DNA of 63,777 bases from Oscillospiraceae bacterium (GCA_015065075.1 SVRA01000002.1:1-63777); one strand, 5' to 3'; shown: positions 18,784 through 28,577, counted from the first letter of the stretch. Made by a program: numbers and translations. The notes: generated by a model not told the origin, from the sequence alone.

Positions 18784-20666
18784 TGGAGCTTAAAACACAG
18801 GTTGCTGTAGTCGGTGCGGGACACGCGGGCGTTGAAGCCGCGCTTGCTTCGGCGAGAATGGGCGTGGACACGGTTTTGTTCACTATGTCGCTTGACAGTA
18901 TTGCAAATATGCCGTGTAATCCGTCTATCGGAGGCACGGCGAAGGGACACCTGGTTTACGAGATCGATGCGCTCGGCGGTGAGATGGGACGCTCTGCGGA
19001 CCTTGTTACTTTGCAGTCGAGGACGTTGAATCTCGGTAAGGGCGCGGCGGTACACTCCAAACGCGTTCAGGCAGACAGAAGAAAGTATCAGCAGATAATG
19101 AAATCGGTGATCGAAAAGACGCCCAATCTCCGCCTTATACAAGCCGAGATCGTCGAGATCATCACAGAAGAAAGCGCTGAAAGTCCTTATACTAAAAGGA
19201 TTGTAGGCGTAAAGACAAGCCTTGGGGAGATCTGGGGCTGCGAGGCGGCAATAATCTGCGGAGGAACCTTTCTCAACGGCAGAATATTCGTGGGTGACGT
19301 TAACTATCCCGCAGGCCCTGACGGTCTTCTTGATGCGAAGCGGCTTTCAAATTCACTGATCGAAAACGGCATAAGGCTGATGAGATTCAAGACGGGAACT
19401 CCCGTACGAGTCAAAAAAAGCACGATTGATTTCTCTCAGCTTGAGATTCAGGAGGGCGAGAAAGAATGTACGCCTTATTCGTGGCAAACAGATACTGCTC
19501 TTTTCGAAAACAGAACAGATGTTCCGTGCTATATCGTATATACTAACGCGCAAACGCACAAGATAATACGTGACAACATCCACCGCTCGGCGATGTACTC
19601 GGGTCAGATACACGGAACGGGACCGAGATATTGCCCGTCGATAGAGGACAAATTGGTCAGATTTGCCGACAAAGAAAGGCATCAGCTTTTCGTCGAGCCG
19701 GTTGGCGAGGATACTGAAGAGATGTATATTCAGGGCTTTTCGACTTCTCTGCCGACCTCTGTTCAGTACGAAATGCTGCGCTCGCTCGACGGCTTTGCCA
19801 ATGCCGAGATAATGAGATATGCGTATGCGATCGAATATGACTGCATAGACCCCACGCAGCTCTATGCAACCCTTGAATTTAAAGGGGTTTCGGGTCTTTA
19901 CGGCGCAGGACAGTTCAACGGAACCTCGGGATACGAGGAGGCTGCTGCGCAGGGCTTGATCGCCGGAATGAACGCCGCGTTGAGATCTAAGGGCGAAGAT
20001 CCTGTTGTTCTTAGCAGGTCGGAAAGCTATATCGGAACGCTTATCGATGACTTGACCACAAAAGGAACTAACGAGCCTTACCGCATGATGACCTCGCGCT
20101 CGGAATATAGGTTGCTTTTGCGCCAGGACAACGCTGATGAAAGACTTACCCCGATCGGAAGGCGCGCAGGGCTTGTGAGTGACAGACAATATGAAAAATT
20201 CCTTGCAAAAAGAAATGCGATCGCAAAGGAAAAGGAACGTCTTGAGACGACGTATATCTCCAAAGAAAAGGCCTCGGAATTCCTTGTGAATAAAGGACAA
20301 GACCCTGCAAAGTCAGGCGTTTCGCTTGCCGATCTTATAAGGAGACCGGACTTTGATTATGATCAGATTGCCGAGCTTGACGTCGACCGTCCGATTTTGC
20401 CAAAGGACGTTGTTTTGACTGCAAGCACTGACATAAAATACGCCGGATACGTAAAAAGGCAGCTTGCCGAGGTCAAAAAATATGAAAAAATAGAGGCTAA
20501 GCCCCTGCCGAGAGACCTTGAATATCTTGAAATAAAGGGATTGAGGATCGAGGCGGCACAAAAGCTCGATAAGATAAGACCTTTAACCGTGGGTCAAGCA
20601 TCCAGAATAAGCGGTGTTAATCCTGCTGATATATCGGTTCTGCTTATTTATCTTGGCATAAAGTGA
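18783..20666 (+). CDS. mnmG: tRNA uridine 5-carboxymethylaminomethyl modification enzyme MnmG
   Basis: 627 aa with the FAD fold VVGAGHAGVEAA and GPRYCPSIEDK. The start ATG shares its A with the ahcY TGA. Confidence 0.95.
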   Translation: MELKTQVAVVGAGHAGVEAALASARMGVDTVLFTMSLDSIANMPCNPSIGGTAKGHLVYEIDALGGEMGRSADLVTLQSRTLNLGKGAAVHSKRVQADRRKYQQIMKSVIEKTPNLRLIQAEIVEIITEESAESPYTKRIVGVKTSLGEIWGCEAAIICGGTFLNGRIFVGDVNYPAGPDGLLDAKRLSNSLIENGIRLMRFKTGTPVRVKKSTIDFSQLEIQEGEKECTPYSWQTDTALFENRTDVPCYIVYTNAQTHKIIRDNIHRSAMYSGQIHGTGPRYCPSIEDKLVRFADKERHQLFVEPVGEDTEEMYIQGFSTSLPTSVQYEMLRSLDGFANAEIMRYAYAIEYDCIDPTQLYATLEFKGVSGLYGAGQFNGTSGYEEAAAQGLIAGMNAALRSKGEDPVVLSRSESYIGTLIDDLTTKGTNEPYRMMTSRSEYRLLLRQDNADERLTPIGRRAGLVSDRQYEKFLAKRNAIAKEKERLETTYISKEKASEFLVNKGQDPAKSGVSLADLIRRPDFDYDQIAELDVDRPILPKDVVLTASTDIKYAGYVKRQLAEVKKYEKIEAKPLPRDLEYLEIKGLRIEAAQKLDKIRPLTVGQASRISGVNPADISVLLIYLGIK

Positions 20667-20673
20667 GGTTTGT

Positions 20674-21399
20674 ATGGAACATCAAAATTTTATAGATTTG
20701 CTATATAACACCTTTGAAGAAAACGGAATGAAGGATTTGCTTGATGACAATTCCGCCGAACTCCTCTACAGATTTGCCGCTCTTCTTGTCGAAACAAATA
20801 AGCACACGAATTTGACTGCAATCACTGATGAAAAAGGAATAATATTGAAGCATTTTGCTGACTCTGCGGCTATAAGCAGACACATTCCGCAAGGCGCGGC
20901 AGTCTTAGATGTTGGTTGCGGCGCGGGATTCCCGTCTGTGCCCCTTGCGATCATTAGAAGTGATCTTGCTATAACCTCGCTTGACAGCACAGGCAAAAAA
21001 ATTGATTTTGTCTTGTCTGCAAAAGAAAAACTTGGTCTCGAAAACTTGAATGCGGTTTGCGCAAGGGCTGAAGAATACGCGGCACTAAATCGCGAAAGCT
21101 TTGATGTTTGCACAAGCAGAGCCGTTGCGAGACTTAACGTTCTTTCAGAACTGTGTGTTCCTTTTATAAAGGTTGGCGGCTTGTTTGTTGCAATGAAATC
21201 AGACAAAGGCGCCGAAGAAGCAAAAGAAGCCGAAGAAGGAATAAAAAAACTTGGAGCTGCTCCGACGAGCGTCTCTTTGTACAGCTTAACTTGCGAAGAA
21301 ACAGCGATCGATCGTGAGATAAGAATTTACAAGAAAACAGCGCCAACACCAAAGCAATATCCAAGAAAATATTCACAAATACTGAAAAAGCCGCTTTGA
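20674..21399 (+). CDS. rsmG: 16S rRNA (guanine527-N7)-methyltransferase RsmG
   Basis: 241 aa with the SAM motif LDVGCGAGFP and NLTAI. Its position after mnmG supports the call. Confidence 0.9.
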   Translation: MEHQNFIDLLYNTFEENGMKDLLDDNSAELLYRFAALLVETNKHTNLTAITDEKGIILKHFADSAAISRHIPQGAAVLDVGCGAGFPSVPLAIIRSDLAITSLDSTGKKIDFVLSAKEKLGLENLNAVCARAEEYAALNRESFDVCTSRAVARLNVLSELCVPFIKVGGLFVAMKSDKGAEEAKEAEEGIKKLGAAPTSVSLYSLTCEETAIDREIRIYKKTAPTPKQYPRKYSQILKKPL

Positions 21400-21412
21400 T
21401 AAGCGGCTTTTT
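21385..21412 (+). terminator. rho-independent terminator of rsmG
   Basis: AAAAAGCCGC-TTTGATAA-GCGGCTTTTT. The stop codon lies in the loop. Confidence 0.7.
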
Positions 21413-21427
21413 GTTTCACGTGAAACA
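21412..21427. promoter_or_regulatory. parS site 1 (ParB binding site)
   Basis: TGTTTCACGTGAAACA, an exact match to the Firmicute parS consensus TGTTNCACGTGAAACA. Confidence 0.85.
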
Positions 21428-21454
21428 AGACTTGACGGTTGCGTTAGTGTGAAT

Positions 21455-21470
21455 TGTTTCACGTGAAACG
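21455..21470. promoter_or_regulatory. parS site 2
   Basis: TGTTTCACGTGAAACG, one mismatch at the last base. Confidence 0.8.
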
Positions 21471-21496
21471 GTCTTGGTTGTGTCGAGCTTGCGCTG

Positions 21497-21512
21497 TGTT
21501 TCACGTGAAACA
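21497..21512. promoter_or_regulatory. parS site 3
   Basis: TGTTTCACGTGAAACA, an exact consensus match. Confidence 0.85.
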
Positions 21513-21539
21513 ATTCCTGCTGTGACAATTTCCGTCGGA

Positions 21540-21555
21540 TGTTTCACGTGAAACG
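21540..21555. promoter_or_regulatory. parS site 4
   Basis: TGTTTCACGTGAAACG, one mismatch at the last base. Confidence 0.8.
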
Positions 21556-21623
21556 AAACTTTTGGGCGCGAGCTCGATAAAACTGCTCGGAATAAAAACT
21601 TTTTAATATTTTTTAAAAACCTC

Positions 21624-21652
21624 TTGCAAAAACGCGACGGATATAGTATAAT
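21624..21652 (+). promoter_or_regulatory. sigma-A type promoter for parA-parB
   Basis: TTGCAA-N17-TATAAT, 69 nt downstream of parS4 and 40 nt upstream of the parA start. Confidence 0.5.
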
Positions 21653-21692
21653 TAATTCAAACACTCACCAAAACAACGAGGAGGAACCCGAT

Positions 21693-22454
21693 TTGGGAAA
21701 AATTATTTCTTTTTCTAACCAAAAAGGCGGAGTTGGCAAAACCACGTCTGCGGTCAACGTGGCCGCGTCGTTAGGGATTCTTGGCTACAAGGTCCTTTTA
21801 ATAGATCTTGATCCTCAGGGAAACGCCACGAGTGGAGTTGGAATATCTAAAAAAGGATTGAAAAACTCTATAAATGACGTGCTTCTTGGGGACATAGAGG
21901 CAAAGGATGCGGTTCTCCAGACCGAATATAAAAACCTTAACATTATCCCGGCAAACATAGCTCTTGCGGGCGCGGAATACAATCTTTACCAGGAAGACGG
22001 TGCAGAAAGAATAATGAAGAATGCGTTGGCAACAATAAAAGATGATTACGATTATATAATCATCGACTGCCCGCCTTCTCTCAGCATGCTTACGGTCAAC
22101 GCGATGGTCGCAAGCGATGGAATTATCATTCCTATGCAGTGCGAATTTTACGCGCTTGAAGGACTTTCGCAGCTTACCGTTACAATAAACAGAATCAAGG
22201 CAAATTACAATAATTCGCTCAACATAACGGGTATACTTGTAACTATGTACAATTCGAGATTGTTACTTTCGCTTCAGGTAATCAATGAACTTAACAAGCA
22301 TTATGCAGACAAGCTGTTTAAGACTAAAATTTCCAGAGGAGTCAAGGTTTCCGAGGCTCCCGGCTTCGGCATGCCCGTATATTATCACGAAAAGAGAGCC
22401 AAGGGTGCGGACGAGTATTTGTCGGTGGCTAAAGAGCTTGCTTCCAGAATATAA
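21693..22454 (+). CDS. parA: chromosome partitioning ATPase ParA/Soj
   Basis: Deviant Walker A NQKGGVGKTT right at the N-terminus. A TTG start at 21693 follows a GAGGAGG RBS; the ORF-track ATG at 21624 lies in the promoter. Confidence 0.9.
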   Translation: MGKIISFSNQKGGVGKTTSAVNVAASLGILGYKVLLIDLDPQGNATSGVGISKKGLKNSINDVLLGDIEAKDAVLQTEYKNLNIIPANIALAGAEYNLYQEDGAERIMKNALATIKDDYDYIIIDCPPSLSMLTVNAMVASDGIIIPMQCEFYALEGLSQLTVTINRIKANYNNSLNITGILVTMYNSRLLLSLQVINELNKHYADKLFKTKISRGVKVSEAPGFGMPVYYHEKRAKGADEYLSVAKELASRI

Positions 22455-22470
22455 ATAAAGGAGAATTGCA

Positions 22471-23358
22471 ATGGCAAGAGGAGGACTTGGCAGAGATTTT
22501 TATTCGATACTTGACGATAATATGATCGAAGATAAAAAGGACTCTGTCTCAAAAATAAAAATAAACGATATAGAACCCAGAAGAGATCAGCCGAGAAAGA
22601 ATTTCGACGAAGAGAGCATACAGCTTCTCGCTGATTCTATATCCATACATGGCGTGCTTCAGCCCATAATCGTTCGCGAAAACTCTGATTTTCCTAACAC
22701 TTACGAGATAATTGCGGGCGAACGCCGCTGGAGAGCCGCAAAGATGGCGGGACTTTCGGAGATCCCTGCGATAACTGTTGACGGCGACGATCTCAAGGTG
22801 GCACAGATTGCGCTTGTAGAGAACGTTCAGCGCGAAAATCTCAACCCCGTTGAAGAAGCTTTTGCATATCAGGCGCTTGTTGACAGATTCGGCTTGACAC
22901 AGGAGCAGCTTTCAAAAGAGGTGGGTAAATCCCGTTCTGCTATAGCAAACATGCTCAGACTTATAGATCTTCCCGATGAAGTGCTTTCCCTTTTAAAGGA
23001 AGGAAAGATCACGAACGGTCACGCGAGAGCAATTCTCGGACTTGACGACGAGGATCAGATGATAGCCTTGGCGCAAAAGGTTTACGAAAGAGATCTTTCG
23101 GTTCGAGAGGTCGAAAAGACTGTAAGACGCTTGTTGGCAGAACAAGACGTCGAAACGCTTAAGACTACTCCTGACGAGTCTGTACAGAAAAGGGTTTATA
23201 TGCGCGATCTCGAAAGACGCGTTATGGATAAGCTCGGCAGAAAAGTCAAGATAAATCAGACCGCTAAAAAGAAGACCGTTGAGTTGACGTTTGACAATGA
23301 CGCGGACCTTGAGGAGCTTCTGACTCTTATTTGCGGCAAGGGATTGTTTAATTCCTAA
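22471..23358 (+). CDS. parB: chromosome partitioning protein ParB/Spo0J
   Basis: 295 aa with the ParB box GERRWRAA and LVENVQRENLNPVEEA, plus an HTH region. Confidence 0.9.
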   Translation: MARGGLGRDFYSILDDNMIEDKKDSVSKIKINDIEPRRDQPRKNFDEESIQLLADSISIHGVLQPIIVRENSDFPNTYEIIAGERRWRAAKMAGLSEIPAITVDGDDLKVAQIALVENVQRENLNPVEEAFAYQALVDRFGLTQEQLSKEVGKSRSAIANMLRLIDLPDEVLSLLKEGKITNGHARAILGLDDEDQMIALAQKVYERDLSVREVEKTVRRLLAEQDVETLKTTPDESVQKRVYMRDLERRVMDKLGRKVKINQTAKKKTVELTFDNDADLEELLTLICGKGLFNS

Positions 23359-23391
23359 ACGGATACATAATCATTGGAAAGGACAAAGAAA

Positions 23392-24672
23392 ATGCTTGAT
23401 ATAAATTATATAAAGGAAAACCCCGCCGAAGTAGTTGAAAGACTTGCGGCAAAAGGCAAGGACGCTGCCGAGGACGTTGCGAAGATCCTCGAGCTCGACG
23501 CTAAAAGAAGAGCTTTGATTACCGAAACTGAAGCTATTAAGGCTGAACAGAACAAGCTTACAAAGCTTATTCCCCAATACAAAAAGGAAGGAAAAGACCC
23601 CTCGGAGATCTTTGCACAGTCCAGAGCACTTGGCGCAAGGGCAAAAGAGAACGATGAGGTTCTCAAGGGCGTTGAGACCGAGCTGACCTCGTGGATGCTT
23701 GGACTTCCCAATCTCCCCGACAGAGATCTTCTGCCCGGCGGAAAGGAGAATAACGAGCCCATTCGTTTCTTCTCCGAACCCAGAAAGTTTGATTTTGAAC
23801 CCAAAAACCACGTTGATCTTTGTAATGGCCTTGGCCTTATCGACTACGAGAGAGGCACAAAGCTTGCAGGTTCGGGATTCTGGATCTATCGTGGAATGGG
23901 TGCACGTCTTGAGTGGGCATTGCTCAACTATTTCATCGACACTCATATTTCTGACGGATATGAGTTTATTCTCCCTCCTCATATGCTCGAATACGAGTGT
24001 GGCGTGACTGCGGGTCAGTTCCCCAAGTTTGCAGACGAGGTTTATAAGATCGAAAACCCCACGGACGACAGAATTCACTATATGCTTCCTACTGCGGAGG
24101 CGGCTCTTGCATCCCTTTACAGAAAAGAGATTCTCACCGAGGCAGACCTTCCCAAGAAGATGTTCAGCTACACCCCTTGCTTCCGTCGTGAAGCGGGATC
24201 TTACCGTTCTGACGAGCGCGGAATGGTGCGCGGACATCAGTTCAATAAGGTGGAAATGTTCCAGTTCACCCTGCCCGAGCAGAGTGACGCGGCATTCGAT
24301 GAGCTTGTAACCAAGGCCGAAAATCTTGTAAGCGGTCTCGGATTCCATTTCAGAACCGTAAAGCTTGCCGCTGGCGACTGCTCTGCGTCTATGGCGAGAA
24401 CCTACGATATCGAGATCAATATTCCCTCGATGGACGGATACAAGGAGGTCAGCTCCGTATCCAACGCCAGAGATTATCAGGCAAGACGCGGAATGATGAG
24501 AGTAAGACGTGCAAACGGCAAGATAGAATATATCCATACCTTGAACGGATCGGGTCTTGCAACCTCGAGAATCCTTCCTGCGCTTGTTGAGCAGAATCAG
24601 AACGCGGACGGAAGCGTAACCGTTCCCGAGGTTCTTCGCAAGTACGTTGGAACCGATGTTATCAAGAAGTAA
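23392..24672 (+). CDS. serS: seryl-tRNA synthetase
   Basis: Opens MLDINYIKENP with an N-terminal coiled coil; class II motifs FRREAGS and GSGLA. The start is chosen at the second ATG. Confidence 0.95.
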   Translation: MLDINYIKENPAEVVERLAAKGKDAAEDVAKILELDAKRRALITETEAIKAEQNKLTKLIPQYKKEGKDPSEIFAQSRALGARAKENDEVLKGVETELTSWMLGLPNLPDRDLLPGGKENNEPIRFFSEPRKFDFEPKNHVDLCNGLGLIDYERGTKLAGSGFWIYRGMGARLEWALLNYFIDTHISDGYEFILPPHMLEYECGVTAGQFPKFADEVYKIENPTDDRIHYMLPTAEAALASLYRKEILTEADLPKKMFSYTPCFRREAGSYRSDERGMVRGHQFNKVEMFQFTLPEQSDAAFDELVTKAENLVSGLGFHFRTVKLAAGDCSASMARTYDIEINIPSMDGYKEVSSVSNARDYQARRGMMRVRRANGKIEYIHTLNGSGLATSRILPALVEQNQNADGSVTVPEVLRKYVGTDVIKK

Positions 24673-24696
24673 TTTTCTATAAACAGGAGATCATAT

Positions 24697-25359
24697 ATGC
24701 TGAATGTTGTGATTGCGAGCAATCAGAGTCTTCTGGAGGAGATATGGGAATACATCGTGGATACTTATTTTTCGGTGGATATGCCGTATCTTGAGAATTT
24801 CACGGTCAAAAGCAATGCTCTCGTATCCATCAGAATGATAATTATAGGAATCACCTTTGGAATAATCGTTGCGGCGATAAGCACCGTATACACGAAGAGG
24901 TATATCGGTGATTTCGTAAGAAAAGTGATATATGAGGAGTGCTTCGATAAGGATTCGGCAAAAACGCTGTACGATCTTGGTTATCTGAAAAGTCCGGGTG
25001 TGCGTGGGTCTGTTAAGACCGGGGGAACTCTTTCGCGTTGGATTCGTTGCGTTGAGGAAGATGAATTCTTGACAGAGATCAACAAAAAACGTGAAGAATT
25101 CAACGAACTGCATAAAAACGACGAAAGGCCGCCCAAATTCAAAGCTCCCGAATTCACTCGCGACTGCAATACGATGCATTTTTATATTCCTAAAGATAAG
25201 ACATATGCTGCAGAAATAAAATTTGACAAGCGTGGAGCAAATATCGGCTCGGCGATCCTTGTGTCCTTGGCGGCTCTGTTGCTTTGTATGTTTGCGTGCT
25301 ATATAGTGCCCGACGCTATAAAGCTGGTTGATAATTTTATCACGGTTGTCGGCAGATGA
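24697..25359 (+). CDS. two-TM membrane protein, function unknown
   Basis: 220-aa ORF 24 nt after serS with hydrophobic helices at ~45-65 and ~185-205. No recognisable motif. Confidence 0.5.
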   Translation: MLNVVIASNQSLLEEIWEYIVDTYFSVDMPYLENFTVKSNALVSIRMIIIGITFGIIVAAISTVYTKRYIGDFVRKVIYEECFDKDSAKTLYDLGYLKSPGVRGSVKTGGTLSRWIRCVEEDEFLTEINKKREEFNELHKNDERPPKFKAPEFTRDCNTMHFYIPKDKTYAAEIKFDKRGANIGSAILVSLAALLLCMFACYIVPDAIKLVDNFITVVGR

Positions 25360-25459
25360 TAATATACCGTTAAAAAACGGGCAAAAAGAATGGGAATGAT
25401 CCGTTGGGGTCATTCCCATTACTCTACAAGTGCCGCAATGGCGGCAGAACGGAGAGAAT

Positions 25460-26140
25460 ATGAACAGACCGAAGGTTGCTCTTATGTGCGGAATAGACGG
25501 GGATTTAGTATCCCTGAACAAAGAATATCTTGAGGCGATATGGGAAAACGGCGGTATGGGAGTGATATTGCCGTATACAGATGGGGATACACAGATAAAC
25601 GAATACGTAGAAACGTTTGACGGATTCCTTTTCTGTGGCGGCGGAGATCTTGACCCTAAATACTATAACGAAGAAACCCATCCAAGAACGTCGAACATAA
25701 GTTCTGCGAGGGATGAGTTCGAGTTCAAAATGTTCCATGCGGTATATCCGACAGGGAAGCCGATTCTTGGAATATGCCGCGGGGAACAGGTGATAAACGT
25801 ATTTTTGGGAGGAACGCTACATCAGCATATAGAAAATCACTCGGAAAATCGTGGACGCGAAAGGGGTGAGCGCAGTCATTCTGTTTCTGTTGATGAAAAA
25901 GGACTTCTTTTTGATCTAATAGGCAAGAATAGTATACGGACTAATACCTATCACCATCAGTGCGTGAAGCGGCTTGCCGACACCCTTATGTGCGACGCGA
26001 TAAGCGAGGACGGATATATCGAGGCGTTTCATTCGCTCGAACATCCCTTTTGCTTCGGCGTGCAGTGGCATCCCGAGTTATATCACCGTATTGACGAGTC
26101 TGCAAATATATTCAAGGCTTTTGTGAACGCTTGCAGATAA
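25460..26140 (+). CDS. class I glutamine amidotransferase-like hydrolase (peptidase C26 / PuuD-type)
   Basis: Nucleophile elbow GICRGEQ, plus HHQ and VQWHPE. The start is chosen at MNRPKVAL after a GGAGAG RBS. Confidence 0.85.
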   Translation: MNRPKVALMCGIDGDLVSLNKEYLEAIWENGGMGVILPYTDGDTQINEYVETFDGFLFCGGGDLDPKYYNEETHPRTSNISSARDEFEFKMFHAVYPTGKPILGICRGEQVINVFLGGTLHQHIENHSENRGRERGERSHSVSVDEKGLLFDLIGKNSIRTNTYHHQCVKRLADTLMCDAISEDGYIEAFHSLEHPFCFGVQWHPELYHRIDESANIFKAFVNACR

Positions 26141-26182
26141 AAACAACCGAAACCGTTATCGCTCAACGGTTTCGGTTGTTTT
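26139..26182. terminator. bidirectional terminator between convergent genes
   Basis: AAAACAACCGAAACCGTT-ATCGCTC-AACGGTTTCGGTTGTTTT. It overlaps the 3' end of the minus-strand gene. Confidence 0.7.
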
Positions 26183-26927
26183 CTTTTATGGTTTCTTTGA
26201 CTATATTTGCGTTTGATTTGAGCCAATCAAGATATGAGCGGAGGTGGTCGGAGATCGGGAACTCTGTCTTGTGAGGCAAGAAGAATCTTCTCTTTCGGTG
26301 ACGTTCTTCTAACGCGTTGGTTAGAATATGACGAAATTTACCGTATTTGACTACGATGTCGTTTTCTTTGGCAAAATTGCGGATCTTTGAGAGCAATCTG
26401 CAGGAATATGCGACGTCGATTGCAAATATTCCAAAATAAAATCCTATCGCGAATGAAAAAGCGAGGTTCTTTGAGAGCCAATCGAGAGCCAATATGATAT
26501 TAGGATGTATCAAAAAGTAGTATATTGCGCCGAGAATTGCCCAAAACAGAGAAAATAGAGGACAGATTATTCCTTGTATATTCCCCAATTCGTTAGAATA
26601 ATCCCAAAGATGTACCTTGAGCACCTTGACAGAAAATATTCCTGCGATGTATTCGATGGCGGTCATACAGATCGCCATGATAAGAAACAAAAAGCCCTTT
26701 TCGAGCCAGCCGTTGCCCTTGATATACTTCTCAAGTCCCGCCAAAAGATAGAGGAGGCACAGACCAAAACCATAGAGAGGAAGCCAAGGACCTGAAAGGA
26801 ACCCCGGATTTATCCATTTGCGCTCGGGGTTTTCCTTTGAAAAGAATCTTCTGAAAAACAGTTCCAACACCCAACCGACAGAGCAACCTATACAAAATAA
26901 AAAGGAAAGCTTCAACAAAACGTTCAT
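26163..26927 (-). CDS. polytopic membrane protein (DUF1113 / 'ABC-transporter type IV'-like)
   Basis: 254 aa. The opening ...FCIGCSVGWVLELFFRRF resembles that family, with ~6 TM segments. Confidence 0.5.
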   Translation of the reverse strand: MNVLLKLSFLFCIGCSVGWVLELFFRRFFSKENPERKWINPGFLSGPWLPLYGFGLCLLYLLAGLEKYIKGNGWLEKGFLFLIMAICMTAIEYIAGIFSVKVLKVHLWDYSNELGNIQGIICPLFSLFWAILGAIYYFLIHPNIILALDWLSKNLAFSFAIGFYFGIFAIDVAYSCRLLSKIRNFAKENDIVVKYGKFRHILTNALEERHRKRRFFLPHKTEFPISDHLRSYLDWLKSNANIVKETIKENNRNR

Positions 26928-26998
26928 ATCCGAATCCTTATTTATGGAGATACAGATATTATACGCGATTTTGTTAAATATATTTGAAATTCACCTGA

Positions 26999-28165
26999 TT
27001 ATTTTTGCTTTGAACCCTTTTGCTTTGTCAATATTTTTGCTAAGATAGGGCGGTGAACGTCCATCGCTCCGAACGGGCAGAATTCCTGACAGCAAAAACA
27101 CTTTATGCACTTGCTGCGGTCAATTTTCGGTCTCCCGCCGACCATTGAGATCGCTTGCGCAGGACAGATCTGCTTGCATTTTTTACAGCTTTTGCATGCC
27201 TTGGTCTTGAGCTTGGGTTTCGCCTCAAGAGCCATCTTGGCGATTTTGCCAAAAAGTTTAGATCTGCTATCGAATAACAAACTGTTTTTCACAGCTATAT
27301 TTTTGTAATCGAGAACCACCAGCGAGTCGACGTCTCCAAAGACGCTTAGATCCTCCGCGCTTTCGGGGATAAGTCCTCGCTCTCGCGCCGCGCCTAGCGT
27401 TGGGATATCGTCGGGAGAAAGACCGATAAGCTTTGCGCATATTACGTCGAGCTTGTGAGGACTTTTGGAAGCCAAGATGCAGCCGATCTTTCGTGGAGTG
27501 CCCTTCGTAGGTCCGTTTCCTTCCATTCCCATTATGGCGTCTGCAATACAAAGCTTGATCTTAGGTGCAAAGTATTCGTCGATGTCCACTATCATTCTCG
27601 CAAAATCCGCGGAATTGGGATATCTGAAATGATATTCGGGCTTCATCGTGCCGGGAATGGCACCAAACATATTCTTCGCTGCCGCGCTCATTCCCATCAT
27701 TCCGTGAGTTTTTAACTTGCAAAAATTGATTATTGCATCGGCTTTGTCAAGATATGCCGTGTAAGTAAAATCGCGGGCCACCTTTGCGTTCTCGAAATGT
27801 GCTTCTGAATGCTCGAAATTGCGATTCAATTCTCCACCGACCTCTTCGACGGCAGACAGACCGCACACGCTGTATACACGATTCAGGAATGCAGCGTTAT
27901 AAAGCCCACCGGGGCTGTCACCCACTATAACCTTTGCGCCGCGCTCGCATAACATTTCAATAAGGGCACAGATGAGCGCGGGGTGGGTCGTGACCGCCTC
28001 GTCGGGATGCGCGAATGTGACGAGGTTTGCTTTTATGGCGATCTTCATACCATTCTCGACCCAATCTAGTCCGCCGATCGAGGAGATCAAATCGGAAAGT
28101 GCGCGTTTTACATTGTCGTGGTCGTAATTCTCGCAATGAATTACGGAAACGTCGTAATTTTGCAT
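26999..28165 (-). CDS. DUF362-domain protein with C-terminal 2x[4Fe-4S] ferredoxin domain
   Basis: The N-terminal region has KIAIKANL...HP...VGDSPG. The C-terminal Cys clusters are CKSCKKCKQICP and CIKCFCCQEFCP. The start is moved to the ATG at 28165, which follows a GAGG RBS. Confidence 0.75.
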   Translation of the reverse strand: MQNYDVSVIHCENYDHDNVKRALSDLISSIGGLDWVENGMKIAIKANLVTFAHPDEAVTTHPALICALIEMLCERGAKVIVGDSPGGLYNAAFLNRVYSVCGLSAVEEVGGELNRNFEHSEAHFENAKVARDFTYTAYLDKADAIINFCKLKTHGMMGMSAAAKNMFGAIPGTMKPEYHFRYPNSADFARMIVDIDEYFAPKIKLCIADAIMGMEGNGPTKGTPRKIGCILASKSPHKLDVICAKLIGLSPDDIPTLGAARERGLIPESAEDLSVFGDVDSLVVLDYKNIAVKNSLLFDSRSKLFGKIAKMALEAKPKLKTKACKSCKKCKQICPAQAISMVGGRPKIDRSKCIKCFCCQEFCPFGAMDVHRPILAKILTKQKGSKQK

Positions 28166-28548
28166 ATTTACCTCGCATTTTATCTCGAAAGCTTTGTTTT
28201 TGTTCGGTACAACGAGTATAACATAAAAATGATAACTTTTTGTGAATAAAAGGTCATCAAACGTGGAATATATATGCCGACGGATCCGCTTTGAGCGCAT
28301 TCACCTAATTTATTAGGAAGATTTTTGAAAAATTTGCAATTTTAAAACTCCAAAATTGCAAAAAAATGCAGTTAAATCGTTTGCGTGACAGGGTATATAT
28401 GGAGATTTTTGAATTGAATTGAAATTTGAACGATTTGAATTTGCATTTGCTTTTGTGCAATTGTTACAAAAAACATTTAAAAACATCGAGCTGTCGCTGT
28501 TGTAAATGCTTATTTTCGAACAATTTTGAAAAGTTTTTTCGGTTTCTC

Positions 28549-28577
28549 TTGACTTTTTCGAAAAAACAATGTATAAT
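28549..28577 (+). promoter_or_regulatory. sigma-A type promoter for the ABC importer operon
   Basis: TTGACT-N17-TATAAT, ~70 nt upstream of the SBP start codon. Confidence 0.55.

Noticed and set aside
21412-21555. Four regularly spaced palindromic repeats that look like a mini CRISPR array.
   Set aside because: The repeat is only 16 bp and equals the parS consensus. The spacers are 26-27 bp, there are no cas genes, and the location is the classical rsmG-parA spacer.
21416-21664. An 82-aa minus-strand ORF across the rsmG-parA spacer.
   Set aside because: It is composed of the parS repeats and the parA promoter (its peptide repeats VSRET). It has no RBS.
23359-23391. A T-box leader upstream of serS.
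   Set aside because: Only ~33 nt separate parB and serS, which leaves no room for a ~250-nt leader. serS appears to be read through from parAB.
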